NCBI GenBank assembly: GCA_041846575.1 | Contig: JBGZFC010000100.1 | Coordinates: 16,925-80,924 of the forward strand | Direction of reading: 5' to 3' | DNA: 64,000 bases | Source of the DNA: Bacteroidota bacterium | GTDB taxonomy: Bacteria; Bacteroidota; Bacteroidia; Bacteroidales; Dysgonomonadaceae | Shown here: in pieces, positions 57,596 to 64,000 of the stretch | Numbering within the stretch: position 1 is the first letter of the stretch | How the letters are laid out: each line of letters starts with the position of its first letter | The notes under the pieces: model-generated | Databases searched by the model: none | What the model was told of the DNA's origin: nothing | What the model saw: only the letters and a program-made list of their open reading frames with translations | Program-made: the position numbers and the translations under genes

Positions 57596-57640
57596 AAAAC
57601 TGTCTAAATCCGCATTGATTGTGGATTTAGACAGTTTATA
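57594..57640. terminator. Bidirectional terminator between the DUF4924 and ROK kinase genes
   Basis: Perfect 12-bp stem CTGTCTAAATCC/GGATTTAGACAG with an 11-nt loop, flanked by A6 and TTT. Confidence 0.75.
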
Positions 57641-57655
57641 TCTGTGTTAATTAAG

Positions 57656-58621
57656 TTACTCCTTCACTTCCCAACCTAACGCGCTTGCACCAAGTACAGC
57701 CGCATCGCTCTCTTTGAGTTCCGAGAATAAAAGCTTTACCTTATTTTTAAATATACGAAGCATATTCTTTTCCATAGCTTCACGAATCGGGGTCATAATA
57801 AGATCACCTGCATGAGTTAATCCGCCAAACAAAATTATTGCTTCGGGACTTGAAAAAGCAACGAAATCGGCAAGAGCTTCACCTAAAACATCTCCGGTAA
57901 ATTTAAAGATATCTTTTGCTATCTCGTCTCCTGCTATAGCTGCATCGTAAACATCTTTCGATGTAATTTTGTCAGCCGGAATTTCACGAAGTTTGGTTTG
58001 CTTATCAGGATAAAGTTCCAGGTATTCTCTTGCTGTACGAGCAACTCCTGTTGCCGATGTGTATGTTTCCAAACATCCGTTTCTACCACAACCGCAAGGA
58101 CGTCCGTTATCGCGACGAATAATGGTGTGACCGAGTTCACCTGCGAAACCGTCGTGTCCGTAAACCAATTGTCCGTTTACCACAATTCCGCTGCCGACTC
58201 CGGTGCCAAGCGTGATAACAATGAAATCTTTCATTCCTCGTGCCGCTCCGTAAGCCATTTCGCCAATGGCTGCCGCATTGGCATCGTTTGTTAATGCCAC
58301 AGGTATTCCGATTCTCTCTTTGAGCATATCGGCTAAACGAATCACACCTTGCCAACGTAAATTGGGCGCAAATTCGATACTTCCCGTAAAGTAGTTGCCA
58401 TTTGGTGCACCTACGCCTATACCTTTTATTTTATCATGAGCGTCTGATTCAATAATAAGTTTTTTCAGCAAATTGCTCAATTCGTCCAAATAATCTTCCA
58501 CATTTGCGTGTGTGGACGTTTTTATTTTTCCGCTATTTACAATCTGCCCTCTTTTATCCACGATGCCTGCAACGGTGTTTGTTCCGCCGACATCTATTCC
58601 AATTGCATAAGGTTTATCCAT
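57656..58621 (-). CDS. ROK family glucokinase
   Basis: YAIGIDVGGTNT, GELGH and the CGCGRNGCLETY zinc motif. Start at the ATG at 58621. Confidence 0.9.
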   Translation of the reverse strand: MDKPYAIGIDVGGTNTVAGIVDKRGQIVNSGKIKTSTHANVEDYLDELSNLLKKLIIESDAHDKIKGIGVGAPNGNYFTGSIEFAPNLRWQGVIRLADMLKERIGIPVALTNDANAAAIGEMAYGAARGMKDFIVITLGTGVGSGIVVNGQLVYGHDGFAGELGHTIIRRDNGRPCGCGRNGCLETYTSATGVARTAREYLELYPDKQTKLREIPADKITSKDVYDAAIAGDEIAKDIFKFTGDVLGEALADFVAFSSPEAIILFGGLTHAGDLIMTPIREAMEKNMLRIFKNKVKLLFSELKESDAAVLGASALGWEVKE

Positions 58622-58781
58622 TTTATATCTGGTTATAAAGTTTTTTGAAGAAATATAATTCACAAACTTACATATTTTTTTGTAGAAATAGTAATATCAG
58701 GGGTATTTTTTAATTTTCTAATTTGTCAATAAGCCAATGTGATGCCGATTTGCCAATGTTTGTGGTATTTGTAACTCGTAA

Positions 58782-60449
58782 CTAATATCTGAAACTACTT
58801 CCTCCCAAAAACTCTCTCAACAACGACGTTGGCGGAAGTTCTCGGTCGGTAATGTAGTTGAAATATTTCAGGAATTTGAGCAAACGATATGCTTCTGAAT
58901 ATTCGGGGACGTTGCGTGGAACTCGCATAAGAATCGGTTCTGCATGACGGCGAAGAGCCGCCAACTCGTAAATCATTGCCGAATTGAACATCACATCTGC
59001 GTTCTCCTGATACGGGAATATCCATTTATCTTCTCCGCGACGTACGCTTTCCCACAAAGAAATTGTTTTCTGAGCCGAATGACCACGATAACGATAGTCG
59101 CGAATCATTCTTCGCAATAATCTGTTATCTGATGCGGGAATCCAGTTGTGATTATCTAACGATATGGATGTGAGAGCCGAAACATATATCATAAATTTAT
59201 TTTCACGGGGAATATGCAGAGTCAGTTCGGGATTCAATGCGTGAATACCTTCAACAATCAGCACACTGTTTTTCTCCATTTTAAGAAAATTATTTTTGTA
59301 TTCACGTTCTCCGGTCACAAAATTATATGAAGGCAACTCTACTTTGTCCCCCTGCAAAAGAGCAACTAAATGTTTCCCAAACAAATCCAAATCTAATGAA
59401 TATAACGACTCGTAATCTTTATTTCCATACTCATCGAGTGGCGTTTGCTCTCTGTTAACAAAATAGTCGTCGAGTGAAATTCCTACAGGTTTTAGCGAGT
59501 TTACCATCAATTGAATTTCTAAACGCTTACGAAACGTAGTTTTTCCCGAAGACGAAGGTCCTGAGATAAGTACTATTCTCACACCATCCTGAAACTTGCG
59601 TGTAATCTCTTCTGCAATATCACCAATCTGTTTCGCCTGAAAAGCCTCGGCTACCTGAATTACCTCGTGAATACGGTCTTCGCGTTTGGCTTTGTTTAAA
59701 TCGCCAACATTATCAAGTTTGCATATCTTCAGAAAACGCAACTGCTCGCGATATACTTCCGACAGCATATCTTGACGCACGAAAGGCTCTAATTCAACAG
59801 GATGTTCTCTATTTGGAACACGAAGCAGAAATCCTCCGTTTAACGGTTGTACATCAAACATTGTTATATATCCCGATGAAGGCATTAAACTTCCGTAGTA
59901 ATAATCAATATAATTATCCAACTTAGAGTAACGAGCATACAAGAAATCGGATGTCTCCAGCAACAACGCTTTATCCTCCATTCCATACTTACGAAACAGT
60001 TCTACCACTTTTCCCGTCTCATCTTCCACCTGTACAAAAGGGATATTGGCGTCCACAATTTCATGCATGCGTTTTTTTATGGCATTCAATTCGGCTTCAC
60101 CAATCTCAATATCTCCATTTATTTCAAAATAATATCCTTTAGAAACAGCGTGTTCGATATAAATTTTAGTATTGGGAAACAGATCATCAACCGCTTTTGC
60201 CAAAATAAAGCAGAGCGAACGCACGTATGTACGCATGGCAGAATTGTTGCTAATATCGACAAATTCTACCGTTTTCGGATTATAAACCCGATAAGATAGC
60301 GACTCCGTTCTATTATTTACTCTGGCATTAGCAATTAAATATGGCGTTTCTATTCCGAAAACTTTAATCAGTTGTTCCAAAGAAGAGCCAATAGGCACAT
60401 CTTTTTTCTCATTTGTATTTAAACAATGAACTTTTACAGTTTCAAGCAT
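58782..60449 (-). CDS. Nucleoside kinase (uridine-kinase-family domain with a TGS-like N-terminal extension)
   Basis: LISGPSSSGKTTF P-loop. 555 aa. Confidence 0.8.
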   Translation of the reverse strand: MLETVKVHCLNTNEKKDVPIGSSLEQLIKVFGIETPYLIANARVNNRTESLSYRVYNPKTVEFVDISNNSAMRTYVRSLCFILAKAVDDLFPNTKIYIEHAVSKGYYFEINGDIEIGEAELNAIKKRMHEIVDANIPFVQVEDETGKVVELFRKYGMEDKALLLETSDFLYARYSKLDNYIDYYYGSLMPSSGYITMFDVQPLNGGFLLRVPNREHPVELEPFVRQDMLSEVYREQLRFLKICKLDNVGDLNKAKREDRIHEVIQVAEAFQAKQIGDIAEEITRKFQDGVRIVLISGPSSSGKTTFRKRLEIQLMVNSLKPVGISLDDYFVNREQTPLDEYGNKDYESLYSLDLDLFGKHLVALLQGDKVELPSYNFVTGEREYKNNFLKMEKNSVLIVEGIHALNPELTLHIPRENKFMIYVSALTSISLDNHNWIPASDNRLLRRMIRDYRYRGHSAQKTISLWESVRRGEDKWIFPYQENADVMFNSAMIYELAALRRHAEPILMRVPRNVPEYSEAYRLLKFLKYFNYITDRELPPTSLLREFLGGSSFRY

Positions 60450-60543
60450 TTACAGTTATTAGTTTTAAATTATTTTTACAACTCTTTGAGGCTTCTTTTT
60501 TTTGCCTTATATTTGTCCGCTAAATTACACATTTTTATTGAAT

Positions 60544-62361
60544 ATGGAATATACATTCTTCGACTTTTTAAAACTCATCGGTTCATTAGGTCTATTCCTG
60601 TACGGAATGAAGATAATGAGCGAAGGATTACAAAAACTTGCCGGAAACAAATTGCGCGACATTTTGTCTGCGATGACTAAAAACCGGATTATGGGTGTCC
60701 TTACAGGCGTATTGATAACTGCTCTTATACAGTCCTCATCCGCAACAACGGTGATGGTTGTGAGTTTTGTAAACGCAGGGCTACTGAGCTTGGTTCAATC
60801 AATTGGCGTTATTATGGGTGCCAATATCGGAACAACTGCCACCGCATGGCTTATTGCAATATTTGGGTTTGGTAAATTTTCTATCAGTGCACTCTCTATT
60901 CCGCTGATGGGGATTGCCATTCCTCTTATTTTCTCTTCTAAAAGTAAGCGGAAATCAACAGGAGAATTTATTTTCGGGTTCGCATTCCTTTTTATGGGAC
61001 TCGACTTGTTGAAATCCTCTATGCCCGATCTGCAAAACAACCCCGAAGTTTTGTCGTTCGTGCAGAATTTTTCCGATATGGGCATCTGGTCAACACTGTT
61101 TTACCTGCTTATAGGTAGTGTTCTTACAATAATTGTTCAATCGTCGAGTGCAACAGTTGCTCTTACGCTTATCATGGCAACAAAAGGATGGATAGACTTC
61201 CCCTCGGCAGCAGCAATGATTATGGGCGAAAATATAGGAACAACCATAACTGCCAATCTGGCTGCCATTCCTGCAAATATATCGGCAAAAAGAGCTGCAT
61301 TCGCACACTTCCTGTTTAATGTGTTAGGTGTAATATGGTTGCTTTTCGTTTTCAAATATTTTGTGAATATGGTAGAGCATATATTGATAAATTACGGTCC
61401 TGCAAATCCGGCAGGCATGTCAAATTTCATAAACTCTTTATCTGCCGAAGAGTATAACCAGATAACTACACTCTCAAAATCGGAACTACCCGCTCACTTG
61501 GTGTCAAAACAAGAGGCTTACATATCTTACCAAGCTGCTACTTCTTACGGACTTTCGCTGTTTCACACCTTGTTTAATATTATTAATGTACTAATAATGA
61601 TATGGTTTGTGAAGTTGTACGAAAAGATATGTCTCAAAGTTATTCGTCCTAAGACGGGAGAAGACGACGACGAAGAGTTTGTTCTTAAATTTATCTCTAC
61701 AGGAATGCTTTCCACAGCAGAGCTTTCAATTCTTCAAGCTGAAAAAGAGACTGAAGTTTTCGCCAAACGTGTTCGTAAAATGTTCGGCTTTGTGAAGAAG
61801 ATGACAAATATGAACCATAACGACAAAAAGTTCCTCAAACTATATAATCGGATAGAGAAATACGAAGATATATCCGACAGAATGGAAGTTGAAATTGGCT
61901 CATATCTGGGCAAAGTTGCCGAAGGAAGACTTAGTAATCAAAGTAAAGAGCATATACGCTCCATTTTACGCGCTGTTACCGAAATAGAGAGTATTGCCGA
62001 TGCTTGCTGTAACATTGGTCGCCACTTGAAACGCAAAATGGATGCCGAAGCCGTATTTGAAGAAAGTATCATTGAAAACATAAACTCAATGTATCAACTT
62101 CTGGATGAAGCATTAGCGAATATGCAGCATGTTCTCTCTTTACCTCAGATAACCGAGAAAGAGTTCATTGAGAGCCAAAACATGGAAGATGCCATTAACG
62201 AACAACGCAACTTGCTGAAACGTAAAAACGTAGAAAGTTTAAACAATCTGGAATACTCATATCAAAACGGCGTTTTCTATATGGATATTATAAGCGAATG
62301 TGAGCGAATGGGAGACTATATAATAAATGTAGTTGAATCGATAAAGTTGAAAAAAAATTGA
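60544..62361 (+). CDS. Na/Pi cotransporter family protein with C-terminal PhoU-like domains
   Basis: LFLYGMKIMSEGLQ and QSSSATTVM motifs, the latter duplicated as QSSSATVAL. Start at the ATG at 60544. Confidence 0.9.
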   Translation: MEYTFFDFLKLIGSLGLFLYGMKIMSEGLQKLAGNKLRDILSAMTKNRIMGVLTGVLITALIQSSSATTVMVVSFVNAGLLSLVQSIGVIMGANIGTTATAWLIAIFGFGKFSISALSIPLMGIAIPLIFSSKSKRKSTGEFIFGFAFLFMGLDLLKSSMPDLQNNPEVLSFVQNFSDMGIWSTLFYLLIGSVLTIIVQSSSATVALTLIMATKGWIDFPSAAAMIMGENIGTTITANLAAIPANISAKRAAFAHFLFNVLGVIWLLFVFKYFVNMVEHILINYGPANPAGMSNFINSLSAEEYNQITTLSKSELPAHLVSKQEAYISYQAATSYGLSLFHTLFNIINVLIMIWFVKLYEKICLKVIRPKTGEDDDEEFVLKFISTGMLSTAELSILQAEKETEVFAKRVRKMFGFVKKMTNMNHNDKKFLKLYNRIEKYEDISDRMEVEIGSYLGKVAEGRLSNQSKEHIRSILRAVTEIESIADACCNIGRHLKRKMDAEAVFEESIIENINSMYQLLDEALANMQHVLSLPQITEKEFIESQNMEDAINEQRNLLKRKNVESLNNLEYSYQNGVFYMDIISECERMGDYIINVVESIKLKKN

Positions 62362-62487
62362 TTTCGAGATAAACAGAGTTGAACTTAGAGATGGGAATTA
62401 TTTACAATTAACCCCGTTTCTTTTTAAATAAACATTTGTTTCCTGCAATAACATAGCTGAAAAAAATTAATAACAACACCAAAAACA

Positions 62488-62829
62488 ATGAACGACTGGA
62501 AAAAACGCCTTAATATTGTTTACTCTACCAATCCCGATTATCATTATCATGAATATGAAGATGATACACAACAGGAGACTTTACCCAAAGAGAAACAGAT
62601 GCTTCGTATATCTTTGGACAAGCGAAACAGAAAAGGTAAAGCCGTAACTCTCGTTACCGGATTTGTTGGCTCTGACGATGATTTGGAAACGCTTGGAAAA
62701 CTGCTAAAAACAAAATGCGGTGTAGGTGGTTCCGCTAAAGATGGAGAGATAATCGTACAAGGAGATCACAAACAAAAAGTTTTAGATATTCTTCAAAAAG
62801 AGGGTTATGCAAAAGCAAGAATTATCTGA
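62488..62829 (+). CDS. SUI1/YciH family translation initiation factor
   Basis: RKGKAVTLVTGF...LKTKCGVGGSAKDGEIIVQGDH. Confidence 0.85.
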   Translation: MNDWKKRLNIVYSTNPDYHYHEYEDDTQQETLPKEKQMLRISLDKRNRKGKAVTLVTGFVGSDDDLETLGKLLKTKCGVGGSAKDGEIIVQGDHKQKVLDILQKEGYAKARII

Positions 62830-64000
62830 CCGTGAATTTGTACATGTAATAAAAGCATCTGCAGGTTCGGGTAAAACTCACCGATTGACCGGAGAGTACT
62901 TGCGATTATTGTACTATAAACCAAATAATTATCGACACATTCTCGCCGTAACTTTCACAAACAAAGCTACCGATGAGATGAAAAGTCGTATAGTGCAGGA
63001 GTTGTACAATCTGATGCAAGGTAATAAATCCGATTATCTGGAACAACTCTCAAAAGAGTTTGGGCTAAACGAAAAAGATACCCGCTCGCGAGCAAAGGAA
63101 ATACTCGAAAACATTTTGCACGATTACTCTTCCTTTTCCATCAGCACGATAGACCGATTTTTCCAACAAACCATGCGTGCCTTTACACGCGAAATAGGAT
63201 TAACAGGCGGATACAATGTAGAGGTAGATGATGCGGCTTATCTTCCCGAAGTTGTTGACACGATGATTTATGAGTTAGATGATCCCAAAAACAACGATTT
63301 AGCCAAATGGATTCTAGATTTTATGAACAGTAAAATCGAAAATGACAAAGGATGGGCTATTAAAGATGATATATTAGGATTGGGAAAAGAAATTTTTAAA
63401 GAAAAATATAAATCTCTCTCTCTAACCGATAAAGAAAAAATACGGGATAAGAAACATCTTACAGAATATAGAAAAAAGTTGGAAAGCATCGTAAAAGAGT
63501 TTGAGAGAGCTTTACGCGGAATCGGAGAAAAAGGCGTGAATATTATAAAACAACACGGTCTTACCTACTCCGATTTTAAAGGAGCTGCAACAAAGTCCCC
63601 GTTTAAACATTTTGTAGTGTGGGCAAACGGCGACGTAAAGATACCAACCGCAACATTCCAAAATTTGCCCGACAATGTAGATGAATGGACAGCAAAGAAA
63701 ACAGATGAATCAACATTATCATCTATACATACTGCTTACCATAATGGACTTAATGCTGCTGTAAAGGAGGCAATAAATCATTTCGACAACATAGCTTTCT
63801 ACAATTCAGCAAATACAATTCTAAACTATTTCTACACGTTGGGAATTCTTAATGATATTCAACAGCGACTGCAACAGATTCAACAAGAACAAAATATTCT
63901 CTTTCTGTCAGACACAACCGAGTTGCTGAACAAGATTATTGCCGATAGCGACCTGCCGTTTATCTATGAAAAAACAGGCACACGCTACACCAACTACATG
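62807..64000 (+). CDS. UvrD/AddA-like helicase-nuclease, N-terminal part (runs off window edge)
   Basis: Open frame from the ATG at 62807 to the window end (398 codons). ASAGSGKTHRLT Walker A, AVTFTNKATDEMKSR and ISTIDRFFQQ motifs. Not in the ORF track because there is no stop in the window. Confidence 0.8.
   Translation, partial: MQKQELSDREFVHVIKASAGSGKTHRLTGEYLRLLYYKPNNYRHILAVTFTNKATDEMKSRIVQELYNLMQGNKSDYLEQLSKEFGLNEKDTRSRAKEILENILHDYSSFSISTIDRFFQQTMRAFTREIGLTGGYNVEVDDAAYLPEVVDTMIYELDDPKNNDLAKWILDFMNSKIENDKGWAIKDDILGLGKEIFKEKYKSLSLTDKEKIRDKKHLTEYRKKLESIVKEFERALRGIGEKGVNIIKQHGLTYSDFKGAATKSPFKHFVVWANGDVKIPTATFQNLPDNVDEWTAKKTDESTLSSIHTAYHNGLNAAVKEAINHFDNIAFYNSANTILNYFYTLGILNDIQQRLQQIQQEQNILFLSDTTELLNKIIADSDLPFIYEKTGTRYTNYM

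Overview
This looks like a chromosomal segment from an AT-rich Bacteroidota (Bacteroidales-like) genome. The phylum call rests on four things: a T9SS C-terminal sorting domain, BamD / omega-like / DUF4293 synteny, DUF4286-ruvC synteny, and TAnnTTTG-type -7 boxes without Shine-Dalgarno sites.

I support about 50 protein genes, most of them housekeeping: ruvC, nadD, nspC, an S41 protease, bamD, glyA, mgl, prfC, lipA/lipB, trmD, miaB, sdaA, the class II RNR nrdJ, pabB/pabC, a ROK glucokinase, a Na/Pi transporter, a SUI1-family factor and an AddA/UvrD-like helicase. There is one tRNA-Ala(GGC). I found no rRNA and no CRISPR array.

Accessory content:
- a 1200-aa AT-rich T9SS cargo protein with a caspase/gingipain-like H/C dyad;
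- four separate IS scars, none with an intact transposase;
- an orphan AT-rich B12-binding-type radical SAM gene;
- a phage-type A1S_2505-family gene.

Non-genic structure:
- a ~318-bp inverted-repeat pair bracketing 11.7 kb next to the tRNA;
- several families of short intergenic repeats;
- a ~110-bp direct repeat 30 kb apart;
- an mgtC-family gene broken by a 1-nt shift at a G tract;
- two ORF-free promoter-like loci.

I did not find a convincing multi-gene novel system; there is no nuclease/ATPase/defence-like cluster. The best candidates for something undescribed are the stand-alone radical SAM gene with C-x4-C-x2-C spacing (26427-27941), the inverted-repeat-bounded segment (662-12974), and the ORF-free promoter-plus-hairpin locus at 45649-45890. 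All function calls come from reading the translated motifs by eye; no database search was possible.
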